Shown: piece after piece, positions 22,096 to 37,162 of the stretch
How positions within the stretch are numbered: position 1 is the stretch's first letter
How the letters are laid out: every line of letters starts with the position of its first letter
Origin: Fistulifera solaris
Lineage: Eukaryota
DNA: 64,000 bases
NCBI GenBank assembly: GCA_030295235.1
Contig: AP026164.1
Coordinates: 1,426,001 to 1,490,000, forward strand
Direction: 5' to 3'
Notes under the pieces: model-generated
The model's input: only the letters and a program-made list of their open reading frames with translations
What the model was told of the DNA's origin: nothing
The model's database searches: none
Program-made: the position numbers and the translations under genes

Positions 22096-25000
22096 TTACA
22101 AAATTGGTCTAAGACGTTTTAAAGCTCTCTCCAGAAAAGAACATAAATCCTTCGCATCTTCCTTGTTCTTACAAGCAATTGTTTCAACATCACTTCCGTT
22201 GCTTCGTCGGGTACTCAGCAGTATCAGAACACTCCAGACAACTTCGTCTTCCCCCCTGCCTGGTATTTCTAACTTCCAAGCTCTCGATATGTTTCAGCCT
22301 GATCAGGAGCAGTTCTTGTCCTCTCGACCCGATAACTAATAAACGCTTCACTGATACTAGAAGCAGTCTGTCGCCCATGTCTAAATGATCGAAATATTCC
22401 TCACCAGCCAACCGAGTCCTCATTAATAGCGAAGATGCGGCTGCATCTGCCATGTTATATGATCGTAGTGATCGCTCGCGCCCGTATAATGCCCGACGGG
22501 GTCGAAGGGGCGTTAGTTGACTTTGAACTCCGGTTACTCCTTCGACAGAACCTTTCACTCCAAGCATCACGTCAGCGATTCCATCGGATATGCCGATAAT
22601 AGGTTTCACCAAAAGACCCAGCAAACCTTTCCCGATGCCTTTTGCGAATCCTTCAAGTCCTTTTTTCTCTGCGCCGCGTATCGGTGCCTTCACGACACCA
22701 GTTACCCCTTCAAGAAAACCAGTAATTAGCTTTTGAACACCGCTTCCTAAACCCAAAGCGACATTGATATCATCATGGTCACGTAAAATTTCGCCGCGAT
22801 CACGTTTTTGTGCGTACCGACGATCTAGAGTTAAAACTGCCATATTTTTCGAAAAGGTCTCGGTCAACATTGCTGCCGAGTCGGCGAATCCACCGACTGT
22901 GTGACGCGCTAGCGAAAGCGTGCCTCGAGCTACGCCATCAACCAAGTGGCTTGCATCCATCTCCTGTACACTGCGTTGGAAACCTTTAACTGGTTCAAGA
23001 ATCAGGTCTTTGACTCCATCTCCGAGACCACGAGCCAAACCGATTGGATTTCCCAATGCAGCCAATGATCCCAGTAAGGCAGGAACGTTTTGCCGCAAAG
23101 AATTGAGGTAGTGCGCTCCGAGCTGAGATGAGAGTTGGCTCCCAGTAGCGATATGGTTCCTCAAAGAGACCCCACCAAAATTAACCGTTGCCCCGTCAAG
23201 GCGTAATAGTGCGTCAACAACGATGCTCTTAAACACGCCACGAAGCACCGCAACAGCTGTTCTGTTTGTGCGACCTACTCGAACCCCTAAAACAGCTGTA
23301 CTGGACCTGTCGAGACGGACGTCTCCTTTTCGAATGGCTTGATGAATTTCCGAATTCTGCTTTCCCTCGAGAGCTGCCTGGGCTCCTGTCAACGCTCTCG
23401 CCGGGGCAACAGAGAGCTTGATGTTGTGAGGAAGAATAGTGAAGCCAGAAAAGAAAAATTTTCTCAACCCGATTCCAAGTTGTGCTCTGGCTTCTAGTCT
23501 TCTCACTTTATTGCTTATGTCCGGTATTGGCCATTTATTATCTAAAATTTCGCTTTGTCTTTGAAAGTAACTCTCTAACTCAAGCGCAAACTTTTGCAGC
23601 CTTATCAGAAATGCAAGATCAACTCGAACTCCCAGATCTCTAGGTGCAATAGTAACAGATCGTAGACACTGTGACGTCCGAAATTGAGCTAGGAAAATTG
23701 CGTGAATCCCACAAGGAAGAAAACTTACCACAGTTCCCGTTTTATGTTTCGGTGCAAACGACAAGCCAATCACAAGAACAGGAGGAGTCTGTTTATCACA
23801 GTCAGCAGATCGTGGTTCTGTTAAAAATGTTCCACCTTGACTAAAAGTCTTCTCGTATCGGACTGACGGCCACTGGGAAAGGAGCATTTGATATCATATT
23901 GTCCATTTGCAGATCTGTAATGGTTATTATCACAGCAGCATTTGTTGTGCGGTATTGATTCCATGAAGCAATCCCATTAAGGTTTTTCAGCGTCAGTACG
24001 GCTATCTCTGATGGAGCCGAGTCGACAAGACTAACAACAACACCTCTCAGGGACACTCTGACCGAAATTTGTAAATCTCCATTTTGTTCTGCATTTCTTT
24101 TCGGATTTGGTGTACTCGCATTGATCTTTCGATGTAGCTTTTTGTTTATCACCTCCATTTCGCTTGGAAGCTTCTCTTTACGACGGGTGATTACCGTTTC
24201 GCTGGCAGCGTGAGCAATAAGTTGAGAAATCGCTGACATATTATTATCTTTGGGCAGCGTGTCGAATAGACTGTTGTCAATAAAAGGATTGACCAGAAAA
24301 ATATCTGAATCTTTTTCTATCATGCTACAAAAGTTTGAGTGATCTCTGGTGCCCATTAGGAAAGTTGCATGCAAGTCCTTACCTTAAATTCAAGACCGTT
24401 GTTGGACCGTCTGTTGTCACAACCCCAAGAATTCTTACTCGTTCGAGGTCTGATCGAAGCGCGGCCTCAAGAAATAGTAGCTTTGTTGGATTTAACCTCA
24501 CCCGCGTACCTATTGACGAAAGACATAAAACCTTTGTTGTTTCGATCCCTGCACGCGTATTGAGAGGAGACAGACCGAGTCGAACACGCAAAAGCTCCGC
24601 AATAGTAGCGGCTTTTCTGCCTGTATACTTCCCTTGGCGAAAAGGAACATCCAGGGCGAAACAGGAGTTCGTAGACGGGCCGACCATAGTTCCCTCCAAG
24701 CTCGATAAGTCTCCAGTATCACCTGAGGGGTTGGCTAGAACTCCATCTTGAGCAATCCACACAGGAAAAGTTGAGCAGTTTTCGATTCGAAACAGGGCAC
24801 CATCTCCAGAGTTCTCTTCTTCTTCGAAGGATATGTTTATACCAGTACCGCCCGTTCCTCTTCTTATCTCAGAATCCATTTTGACAGAAGTAACCACTTT
24901 AAAGGGATTTGAGTCAGAAAGATAGAAGGCCTTCTTCTGTTGAATTCGGATTGGCAATGCACCTATTGTTAGGGGATCAAAACCGCCGCTCCATTCGTAT

Positions 25001-28000
25001 CGATGCCCGGAACCAATTAAATCCAAAGGTCTGACCCTGCAATGGTTCAACAAAACGCAAATCAGTCATTGAAAAAGGGAGAAGAACGATAACCTTGTTC
25101 TTACGATAGAAGTTCCGGACGTCGAGAGTCAGCCCAGTGAAATGGTAGAGCATCGCCAGGAGGTATTTCAACCGAAGAAGTGTCTGAAGAACCCATCTGT
25201 TTAACTTCGAAACTGAAACATTTTGATTGATTCACCAGAAGAAAGCGCGATGTGATAGTGAGTGATCTGGAAAGCTCGCCCCAGGGTCCTTCAAGCGGGT
25301 AAATGGCATAGCAAAGTTCAAAGACTGAAGTGGAGTTTGAAACAGGTTGCACTCTTGTTTCCTCTGGTGTCTGTTCGGGCCAGCGAGACCCCCGTGCACG
25401 GATAGCGCCAAATATCCTTCCAGAAATATTAGGGATATCAGAAGTAAGTGCCCATCGACCACCATTTACTTGAATGCCTATTTTCGCATGAGTAAAGCTT
25501 GATTTCCCTTCTTTTGTGATAGAATTGGGTACAATTCGTCTCGGTTGATAATACCCGTGGACTCCGGGTACATGCATTTCGGTATTACGAAATCCGCTAC
25601 GTTTTCGGAACCAACGTCGTCGACGAAATCGATGAGTAACATTAAAGGTTCTAGTGCCGACAAAGTCATTCAGATTTGCACACGACTCAAACCCATCATC
25701 TGACAGACTGCCTGCGTAGTCAATTTGCTGTACGCCTGCCGTCAGAAAACAATATAAGTTTCAAACAATAAATATATCAGTCAAACGTACCCAATCTTTA
25801 TCCTTCCAAAACCACTTAGCAGTATCGATGCATGGGTCTATTGCTCGCGGGTCAAGAACTTTGTTATTCGGGTTTTCCGTAGCCCACCACCTAGTCTCAC
25901 CTTCATTCATTAGGTCAACATACTCAAAAACTCCTCCACTATGAAGGGAACAGTCTGTCCTGCAAGACGGGTAATGTCAGCATATAGACTGCATGAATTT
26001 CTAATCCTTTTCGTTTCGACGCCGCCATCGAAGAGTGAAGAAATTTCCCTCAAAGCAGCCTCAGCTGCTGATAACTCATCCTCTACAAAGTCCTGTCGCG
26101 ATTCATTATCGGAACTCGAAGTAGCCTCCCATGGGTGACCAAATGCAATGTCCAGCGATGTACAGTTTGTCAGCCACAGCTCAGCAAAAAGCGCGATTTC
26201 TAAACCACATTCCTTTTCATTACTCGCACGGATAAGTAATGAGGCACTCCAAACGAATCTTTTAGGTGAACATAGCGAACTGACTGGCGTTCACTGTTGT
26301 CCGATGTAACTTCAATTGTTGGATGTTGTAAGGAGGCCAAGGTTTCGTTCTCGTCGAAAGAAATAGAGATATGATCGGACCAATGTGCAAACCCAGATGG
26401 GCGGAATCGAGCGGTAATTCCCTCAGTTGATCTAGCAAATATCTCAACCTTCTCACCGCTTTCCAGAGGAACCAATTCTTCACGACGTTCTAGAGCGCGT
26501 AAGATGGATCCATCGAAAGCGGCGCTTTCAGGATCACTTACTTCCCACTCTATACACACCGGTAAAAGGTTTCGCAACGATATGGAACTGTCGAGGGTAA
26601 GGGTGAGTATACCGTCTCGCTTGACAGTTGCCACAGAAACCCAACTAGACGGTGCCACGCTTCCTTTGTGCAAACATTCGATGGTCTTTTTTCGAATGAG
26701 GGCTGAAATCCAAACCTTCTTCTGCGGAAGAACGGACTAGAGTTGTAAAGCTGTATTCTTCAGATGTTCTGATACCGCAGACCCAGACCCCATTTGTCAT
26801 ATCTAGCCAGACGGGGAGATAGAAATACGACTTTGGGTACACCATACCCACTGCATTCATGTCGACTTCATCTGTATGAGGCCGATCAGCGATCGAAAAA
26901 GACAAAGCTACTTCAACAGGTTCGCGAAGAAGCGAAAATATCCGAATAGAACTTCCGAGTGTTATGATTGTTTTCTCTTCTACGAGCTCTACACACCAAG
27001 AGAGCATCTCGTTGCCTTCCGTGAGACATTGGCTCGAAGAAAAGTTCTGGTCACTTGCTTTGTGGAAGCGAATCGGAAGAAGCATTTCTACTGGTCCTTC
27101 GATCTCCTGGCCGGGCAGAGGCTCGACGACTATTCCCGCAACAGTCTGCAAGGAGACTAACTCAATTGGAACTTTGGCAACTGGAGAATAATCTTCGTCC
27201 TGTATGTCATTTGTTTCTATTCGAAATAATATGTCCTGACCATTTCCCACCACATGGATCACGGACGGATCGTAGCTTTCGAGTCCGCTGAACTCACCGA
27301 CAGACAGAAAAGGCGCTTCAGCGGGACTATGAGACTCGGTTTTGACATATTGCCTTTGCCGGACCAACGCGGCGGAGAGGCCGGTCCGATTCCGGAAGAT
27401 AAAAGGTCTGGTAGACCCATGTTTCTGCTTCCGGGCGTAGACGAGCGCAGCAGTGGCAGCGCTGCGAACGTTCCTCATCTGATCTCCTTCATTTTCAGTA
27501 TTAAGGGCTTCATCCTTATCTTCTTCAGATTCGAACGACTGGGTAAAATTCAATGCATAGGTGCTCCATGATAAAAACTTGCTGATAGCCTCAGCTGCAG
27601 CGCTGGTAATATTGATTGCTAGCCCATCATCACTGTCACTGAATTCAAGCGTTAACTGTCTTGTATTCTCTCTGTCATCCTGAAAGTCAGCAGAAAATAA
27701 CATCCTTCCTTGTTCAAAAAGCGGCTCCCAACACCAAATCCGAAAGTTATAGTAATCCACACCGATAGACGCCGAAACAGAAAGACGTACGCATTTTGCC
27801 TCGTTTTCATCTACCTTACAAGCTAAGCGCGAAGAAGAAACTTCAGCTTTTAGCAAAGGAAAGTCTCGCTCAACAAGCGAAAGGGCTGCGGATGAAAAAT
27901 TCACGTCGAATGTTAAACTGCGGTTAACAATGGTCTCAGGTACTGATACGACTTCTTCGACGACCGCTTTCCGCCTAACTAAGCTCAATGTGATGGGCCT

Positions 28001-31000
28001 CTCAAGAATCGAAATTTGATTGACGAAGCCAAGAAAGTCTCCGTCGTTGTAATAATCAGTGGGTTTTCCATTGATACCCTGGATAACATCTCCAACACGA
28101 ATACCCTTACATTCGGTAGCAGGTTTTACGCTATCGACAAAGACAAGGCCCCCTTCGTTCCGCAAACCAAGTCCCAATCTTTCTGTTTCGAAAACAACGT
28201 CAAATATATCGACAAGCTCCTCAGTCCTTTTCTCGATATTCGACGACCGCGACCATTTATGAACGACAGACCGGACCAGACTTAAGTCGTCGCTCCCAAT
28301 TACGATAGATAAGGGCTCCACGTTAACGCTAACTGCTCGTTTAACTCCATATCGAGGACTTTGAAATTGCTCGAACTCCATTCCAATTGTAAGGGGCAAT
28401 AGCAACGGAATATAAAAGCTTTCGGTCGTATAAACAGGCGACTCAATATCCGTATCGGTAGAACAGGTGTCTTCTATAATTCGAAGATGGTGTATTTTTG
28501 GTGTCAAAATGTCGCTCACATCGGCGTGGATGTAGCTTGAAATATTCTGGAGGTCGGCGTTTATCTTCGTAGTACGTCCGCTTGTTCCGCTTGCGTCGTC
28601 ACCATCGTGCACATTGGTACGGAACGCCCCATTAGCAATAGCAAGGCTGGGATTTTTCAAATTAAGAGAGAATAAGGAAATGTGGTTGGTCGTAACTACA
28701 CGGTGCAAACTTACCCCCTAAGTACCAAGGCTTTCGATCGTGGATCGCTTTCGTCCGCAACAAAGATGAATCGTGGATAATGGAGTACGAATCGAACTTG
28801 CATTAGCCCACTTGGTGATCGATTCTTATAGTCCTTAGATCTTGCATTCTGTTCGCGACGGTTCAACTTGCACCCATCGGGTAACGGCCATAGACACATC
28901 ACGAACCTGGCTGTATCTTGCATAAAACTTTGGAGCACGACCAGACTTAGGTCACTTAACACCAGTGCTACTTTCGTTTCGCCCGATAAGGTCTTGTCAA
29001 TTTTTAAAGAAAAGTGTGTGGAAGGATTGTCGACATCCTTACGCTTCTCTGGGGGTGAATAGTTTTCTATAAGGACGGATGCTTTTCGTGGTCTTCGGTC
29101 ACTCACTTCTATCCTCCTTTCACCAAGATCGAAAAGATAAATTTGATCAAGAGAAAGATTACACGACATCTCGCCGTCCGAGCTCTTACTTGCAGTTAAT
29201 TGCAGTCCTCGACCTTGAAGGAAAAAGAAATCTAAATGTGGCTGATGAGTAGCTGTGGCGCGCGACAGAGTGATTAGAAGCCTACCAAAAGAGAAATGAA
29301 AGTTCAACGATGTCGACTTGACTCTCTTAGGGCCACCGAATTGAACATGACGTGCACTGGACGCGTATGAGACAGGAGAAGGGAGGTCACTTTCTTCTTT
29401 TCCAGAATCGCTATTCTGGGCTTGCTCCTTTCCCATTGTGTCTCAAGATTATCCCAATCCTGGTTTTCAACGGACCGCATCAAGTTATAATTAAACACGT
29501 TCAATAAGACAATGTAGTCATGATAAGAAAGAAGAAGCCCCACATCTGAAATTTCAGCATTCAAAGATAGACTCAAAAACTCCTCTCTGCCACAATTGCT
29601 AAGTCCACCTTTTTAAGAATGGTACCACTAGCTACCATCGTCGTACATTCTAAGCCCTGGATTGAAGTCTTCAGCAGACGTTTTCCATCTTCTTGACCAT
29701 CGTCGCTGATCCAGCTTTCTAGTAAAACATCCCCTGAAGAACGGCGTTAGACTGTCGTCGAAGTAAGAATATGTCGCAACTGGATTTGAGAGGAGAACTC
29801 ACCCAGTTTCAACTCGATCCCTTCAGCTGTCAATTCGTTGCTTGGCAGCAAAAACGTGGGTGATTCCATGTCCAGATGAAAATAGCTTCTCTTCTCAATT
29901 CTCTTTTCACAAAGCCTTTTGCTGCTCTAGAGGTAGCCCCCATACCCTTTCCGGGCATACCGTTGCTGAGGTAGTCCACAAGCTCTTCTATGTGATTTCG
30001 AACAACTCTGACATCGAGTGATGACATCGATATGTCGATAAAATCATCGATTCTTCCCGCATTCGAAGCCAGGTGGGGTTGCAACCAGTCTGGAGCCGTG
30101 ATATTGTCTCCAACCGCGCTTCCCAATTTATAGGTCCTGTAAAACACATTTAAAAAGTTCCGATCATTATGGCAAGTGTTGATGAATTTCCTTTCTAGTG
30201 CACCTATCAAACACGCGTCTAAAACGAAGGACTGCAGATCCTTTACTTGACCCTGAATGAGAGAGCCTTCTTTATCGTTCATGACATCTAAATAGCATGA
30301 CGAGAGAGTTGATCGGACCAACCTCCTCTTCTGATGTTCCTTGTTGAGACAAACCGATAATCTGTGACATTCAAATGTACCTCGAGATGTTTTCGCTGCA
30401 TCGCCGCCCTGCTGTGTGATGACTGTAAGTCTTTCCTTGCCGACGTCAATATATCCCTTCTCGAAGATCTTTTCCTTGAAACGTTTCAGGAATCGACCCA
30501 GGAACCTTTGCACTGCAATTACCATTGACGGATTGTACTGAATATCTACACAACCCAAAATGATGCTATATACGTGGGCCGCGTTAGCCAGACTGAGAAC
30601 TTCCAAGGCAAAATCGTGACAGGGGAAAGAATTTTCGCTCAATTGAGTACGGTCCAGTTCCGGTGCTTGCTTCTCATGGCAGGTCGTTACAATGGGGAAA
30701 GGTCTAAGACCCAAAACACATCTGAAGGGAGACATACTCCCTTGAAGACAATCGAAGACATCTAGTTGCCGAAGTCGCAAATGAAGCGAGGTCTCAATAG
30801 AAGACAAAGGAGTGGAATCGTCCTGACTCACGCCGTTCTGCCCAGTCCGTTCTTCGATTCTAAAATCAATAACATCACTTGAAACTTCAATAAGTTCTTG
30901 CGAACCTGAAAAATGTCTCCCACTATCATCTACAATGACAACACTTGTACCTTCTAAAACCAGCAGAAATCTTTTTAAAGATGGTCGTCCACATAACGTT

Positions 31001-34000
31001 TCATTGTTTTCGTCTGAAGCATTCAAGCCTTCTGCACGTGTAGTGGTAGAATTCATGAAAGCACCCCAGTCTCTTTTAATACGAAGAGCAACGTCAATTC
31101 CAATCAGCATTTCAGAAAACGATATTCTTGTTGTGAGCTTGCCGATTGAAACCTTGTCAGAATGCATGGGACAGGAGCATTGGTTTTGACAATCGCATCT
31201 GTTGGAGGTGGCAGTGAGGGACCACGGCTCTATTAAGGAACTCATTTGGAAACTCCTATTTCGCGCCAACCCCATTTGAACTTTGTCGATCACATACTTC
31301 CTCCGTACTAAGCCGTCGTTCGAGGCGTGCGTATAATCGATGCGATGAATCAGAAGTTTTGCTGCAGCTTCGTCATCCCCTAACAAAACCTGTGATCCTT
31401 TCACCGTAAGTGCGAACGTATGCGTTGCCGACACTGTAACGTGGCTTGTGCATGAGAAGCACACTGATTCTGCTTGCATCGGAAGCCAACTCATGCTCCT
31501 ACTTTCCACGTGAATATCTTCCTGTTGTGGTGGCCCCCACCTATTTTATACCACCTATCGCCGATTTGAATTACTTCGTCAGGTGAAAGAACGGTCGGCT
31601 CTGGCAAAGACCTGAAGAAATTCGAAACTTGACGGAAAGCTGGTATGTCGGCGTGTATTAGAGGGTTCTCGACGATCAATGTACGACTTGTGTCCCCTGA
31701 CTTAGCAGCAATTGAAGTATAGAAAATTTTGGACCAGCAATTGTTGGTGCCACTTAATAACTTTCGAGGACCAGGACGTGTTTCGACGGCAACTTTCAGG
31801 GAACAGTGAAAAAGCTGTTTGCTGATGCGATCTGCACTCTTCGTAAAATTCCACTCAAATCCGGAAAAGATGAAAATTGAGCATTCTTCAGAAAAATCGT
31901 CAAGAGCGAAAAGCTTGACCTGGGGAACCGAAAGGGTTACGTCAAACGTGGCGGGAGACAAGTCCTTTTGGTCGTATCCGAACGTGACAAGAAGACTAGC
32001 AACGTAACTCTGTAACGCTGACGGCGATAATGATTGTAAAGCGACCCATTCATCCATGTTTCTGGATTCTTCTCCTAGATTAGAAGATACTATATGCCGA
32101 AAAACAGCGAAATCTCCTTTTCGTAGAGCGAGCGCAAGGCTGTCAAAAGAACATTTAACGCACCACCTCGGAAAATTCATACTTGCTGTTCTCCCTGCAG
32201 GCCAGCTGATTTGGACGTGTCCATCGGGTGCTTCATCCTCTCCGCAAATGATGCTTCCGTTCGCATTCGATAAGCGAATGTTCGTCGAAGAGACAGACAC
32301 ATTATTGTACCATTGCATGAGGGGTCCACGAGCGACACGATGAATTTCCGAAGAACGCATGGGCCCACATTCAAAGTGATTTCGAATCCAGAGCTTCTCG
32401 CTCTCAAAACGGATAAAGTCGGTTGAACAGTATGAAACAGGAATCAGGATAGTTGGGGCCGCGGCGTAAATTACGAATGCATTCACACCAAATTTCTCTA
32501 TCGCATCAATGGCTTCCTCTTCAAGCTGAGCCGGGTCGAAGGGCTGGGGTCTTGTCGCTCCCCAGACTTCGTATCCCACGATGCCTTCAAAAAAGTAGTC
32601 AATTATCTCCAACCACAGCTGCTGTAGGAACACAAATTTCATTGGACTCAAATTAGCTTCGATCTTCGAGTCATAACCGTACAGATTTCCATTGGGGATA
32701 TCTACCGATACACAGTCTTCAACAATTCCATCGTGTCTGTCTGATGTCGAAAGGTATTTCCGAATTCTCGGGTTTTTAGAAAAATTCAACTCAAACGAAG
32801 AGGTAGGCATTGATTTATTTGTGTCCGCCTTCAATCCAATTAGTTCTCTGTACAAAGTTTTATTGTCGAGACTTCCTGGGTCTGTAAGGGAAAAATTCTC
32901 AAATACAGCCTTGATATGGTAGCCACCCTTCGGCTTTCTTTGATAATTCACGCGACAGAACTCCATTTCGACTGCGAAAACACGACGGTGACGTACTTCC
33001 TTGTTGAAATTAATTCTCAACCTTTTCATCTCAAAGGTGACAAGGATAGGTTTTATATCCGGGAAATGTGACGCTTCTAAATTTCGAGAGATATCAACGT
33101 CTGATGGTAAAGCAACTTTCGCTGCGTTCTTACCCCATGGAGCTTGAAAAAGGCCGCGAGGACTTCCGAGAAACGGGAGCGATCTAAGTTGAGGCGTTCC
33201 TATGTCTTCGTTTTTCAATTCCATTGATGACGATACCACAGATTCACTAATCTCGGATAGCACGAACGTGTCGACGCTGCTATCTGAAACCTCAGACTCA
33301 GCGTCAAAGTAATCGTCTTCATCTGCGTCGAAATAAAACGACGAGTCAACTTCAGATCGTGCGGCATCCAAATATCCATGAGAACTCTGCATTGCCTTGT
33401 GTATTGTTCCTATACTTTCTGGATTCCATTCAATGAAGAGCTCGTGAAACTTTACGATGAGATAGTTGCTCATTTCTGAAGTGCCTTTGCCACTATTTGA
33501 TTCTGAGCCATACTGGACGGAAACCAGATTAGAAGATTGACCTAAGTGGGTCTGCTTAGACCAGTTTGCCTGAATAAGTGTTGGATCAACAGAGGCAATC
33601 ATCAAGGAGAAGTCGTTACCTGCTTGTTGGTATAAGTCTTTCATGGTGAGCCTATGCAATGACATGTTGGAACTAAGTAAGGTCCCGGTCGAAAGGGTTT
33701 CCGAAACGAACGAAACTCCCATCTCTGTTAAGTTCAAGTGAAAAGAGGGGTTGAAGATGCATTGGCTTTACCACCAAATTTTCCAGTATCCTTTTCCACG
33801 TAAATTTGAAACAGAGGAACAACAAACTCGAGAGTGACTTTCAAATAGGTGAAAGATGATTTAGAATCCAGACCACCTACTGGGTTCACAATATTTTTGC
33901 CCCGCGTCGGACCCATTTCTTGCCGCCGATCATGCCATTGCTGACACAGGCTGCGAAAAAGTCCAATCGTAGACGAAGTCAAATTGAACGCGAGTCGAGG

Positions 34001-36622
34001 AAGCTCGGCGAAAATCCTAATATGTGTTTGATCCAAGCTTCCTTGACGGGTCATGTTTTCGATTTTAAAACTTACTCCGAATGGCTCAATTATGGACTCC
34101 ATCGAGCGCCTCAAGCAATTTTCTCGGGTTGCCAATGCCAGGCCTGAAAGATCTCGATAATTATTCACTGAGCAACGCAGCACTTGTATTTGAGACAAGT
34201 CTAGTTTCCAATATTGTTCGACTCGCTCGCTATCAATTGGGTTCGATGCCTCTATTATAGTTGTAAATTTGAGCCGACCAAGATCAATAACGACCATTAG
34301 ACAGCCATCAGCGGAACTTTCTGGGAACAGGATGCTTGGTCCCGCCAAATCAAGATCCACCGAAAAAATTTGCTCCTTGTGGATCATCGCTAAATAAAGA
34401 CGTTTCTGCTTCTCGTTTTTCCATTTTCTCAATCGCACTAGTGTATGATGATAGTCATCTTTGAAATCAACGTTTGCTGTATGAAAGATTCTCGTTAGAG
34501 CTTCAAGAGGTTTCGTGACGTAAACAATCTCCAGGGGATGCACCCGCACCACAACCGAAGTTTTGGAGGTGAAAATCATTGATTGTTCTTTTGAAAAAGC
34601 TCTCTGTATTCGGACTGCAACAGTCTCCTTGAAAAATTTGCCTATTATTTCAAAGCCGCGCCCCTCCTCGACATCGTTAAAGTTTGTCCTTGAGCTCAGA
34701 AGATAAGGGAGGGGCTTTCTTTGGTCGGGAGAAGGGATGACCATGAAATCTTTAACTATAAGATCGCCCACGATGTTACTCATGCTCCATGATCCATCGC
34801 GAAAAACCTCTAGCTCTTGTAACAATGCGAAAGAAAGACGTACCACCGGCTGACGTTTCCTGCATCTATGCCTGTGGTCATCAATACGGAGACCAAACTC
34901 CGCGCATTTCATTGATGTCGTACAGACTGGCTTAAACTCCCCGCTGGCGCTTGACGGAATACGTTTTGATGAATCTTCACGGTCAAGGAATTCGGCCATT
35001 TCGATGAAGGCGCTTTTTCTGTGTTGAAATGAAAGCATGTCATCCGCCAGTGAAGAAGTCTTGAAATTCCGCTCAAACTTCGACATATCTCCTGATCTTT
35101 TGAACACTTTGTCGCTGGTCCCTCGTAGAGCCTCGTATGTATGGATGCGGAAAGCCACGATTTCGGCAACAGTGAGTTCATCTTCAAGTCTCGTGAGTTC
35201 AAAATGACAGCCCAGCTGGACTTCATCATTCTCTCCAAGAAACATATTCTGATAGAAAGTTCGGTACATTTTTCGTTTCCTTAGAATCTGAGCAACTCCA
35301 AGCCATCCACGTCGCCGTTTTCGCATGATAACAGATGTTCGATGGTCCTTGCCTTGCGATTCAAACGCGATTACAACCTGCAACGCGTAACGCCACCATT
35401 GCCGAGGGCTCATTAACGGCGACTGAGTTGGTCTCAGTTCAGTGAGTTTTGCCAAAGTCTTTTCAATTGATAAACTCTGGATGAAATTATTCCAAACTGC
35501 AAGAGACTTTCTCAAGTATCCAAGATCTTCTAAGAGGCTTTGTGAAAGTATGATTTGAAACGTTGGAAAGTAAACGTCAATGGTTGAGCAGCGTGGCAGA
35601 GCACCGTCTGCAGCCGATTCAGAAGTAGCTTTAGACATAGTTGTTTCTGAAGACAAAGCGATCTGAATCGAGGGTGAAAAAGGGTCGAGAAGGTACGTGT
35701 GTCGGGACTGAAAAGTGCTGTTTTCCGACTCAGACATGAATGACGCAGGTAGTGCTCCTTCCTCTAGTAGCCGGAATGCTTCACGATAAAATAAATCTGG
35801 ACTTGCCATAATGCCGCGAACAGTGCGGGTTTTCAAATCCGAAGCTAGTATGCAGCTGCTATCCCAGTATGCAGCCAAATCCTTGAATGCCACAACTTGA
35901 TCACGTGTCGAGCTTGGCGGGTCTTTGCTCGCGGAATGAACCATGAACTCACGCAGTAAAACACCGACTGAAAAAGAAGGACGATAACGAATCGGAGGGT
36001 TGTTCGAACCCAGATACCTTGCAAAACCGAGACAATCCCCCGGATCTTCGTATCGGACATGAACGTTTCGCACGGTAACGACTAAATTGGATATGATTTC
36101 CGCCACTCGTTCGTGGATCCATACAGCCAGAAAAGACCCTTTTGCTGCTGGTAATGATGCTGAAGCAGCCCGTTTCAGCAAATGCTTGTTGAGAGCAGCT
36201 TGCACCGCTTCCTCTAGTTTTCTTTGTTTCTCTTCTGGGGACGCATCCTCCACCACCTCGGATTCCCTTTCGTCCGAATCATCAGTCCTGGCTTCCCCTC
36301 TTGGCGTCACGAGGATTTGAATGTCGGAAAAAACCACCGTGCACGGAAGATCGTCGTTTAGAGACGATTCGCTCGTCCGCCATCGTAATCTGGACCGTAG
36401 AAATTTCCAGGGTATCCGAATCTCCATGTTCCCAATTCTTCCGTAGCATACATGAATTGGACAGTTAGTGACCCAATGATCTAAAGCATCTCGACGCAAG
36501 GCCAAGTCACTTAATACCAGCTCTCCATTCCATGCGGACAAACGTATTCTATCTTTGTCGAATCCATCAATCAAGTGGCCAAAATGTGTTGTTAAGACGT
36601 CCGTCAGGTACCGTTCAAACAT
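22096..36622 (-). CDS. VPS13: VPS13-family bridge-like lipid transfer protein (~14.5 kb; introns and many frameshifts; ends approximate)
   Basis: Chorein_N start MFERYLTDVLTTHFG..LSAWNGELVLSDLALR, WEPLFE motif, VAB-type repeats, and C-terminal LGNPIGLARGLGDGV..GVTGVVKAPIRGA..GFAKGIGKGLLGL. Confidence 0.92.
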
Positions 36623-36971
36623 TGCTCGTTCTTCGTATTATAAATGAACGTTTCAATTCCTGCGCAAGTTATGAATGTTCATATTTAAAATTATTTCATT
36701 ATCTGGTAAGTTATGGGGTACCCAATGACATCAACACTCCGAAATCGCATTCATCGCCGCGACCGCAGCAAAACCACACGGCGGAGAATTTGAAGGAGTG
36801 ATGTGCAACAGCGGTACCGGGTACTGTAAAGATGAGAACGGGTGTGACTATAGTGAAGTGTTATGTAAAATACGTCGTTCCACACGTTGACCTATGAAAT
36901 AAATCGCACTACTACATAAATTACTTACCTCAAATACTGGACTCTTGCGTCTCGACGTCGTCTCGACCACC

Positions 36972-37019
36972 ACCCATCAAGGAGCCCATCAAGGAGCCCA
37001 TCAAGGAGCCCATCAAGGA
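36972..37019. repeat. 12-bp minisatellite (cccatcaaggag) x4
   Basis: Directly visible. Confidence 0.9.
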
Positions 37020-37162
37020 TACCACGTTTTTAACGCTTGCTCAGACGTCAATGACATGTCTCTGTTTCTCACCTTCTATTTAAAATACAACAGCCAGGCT
37101 TTGAACCAACCTAGAACAAAGCAACAAGAAAGGCGCTATTTATTGAAAAGCTCGGGCCAGAG

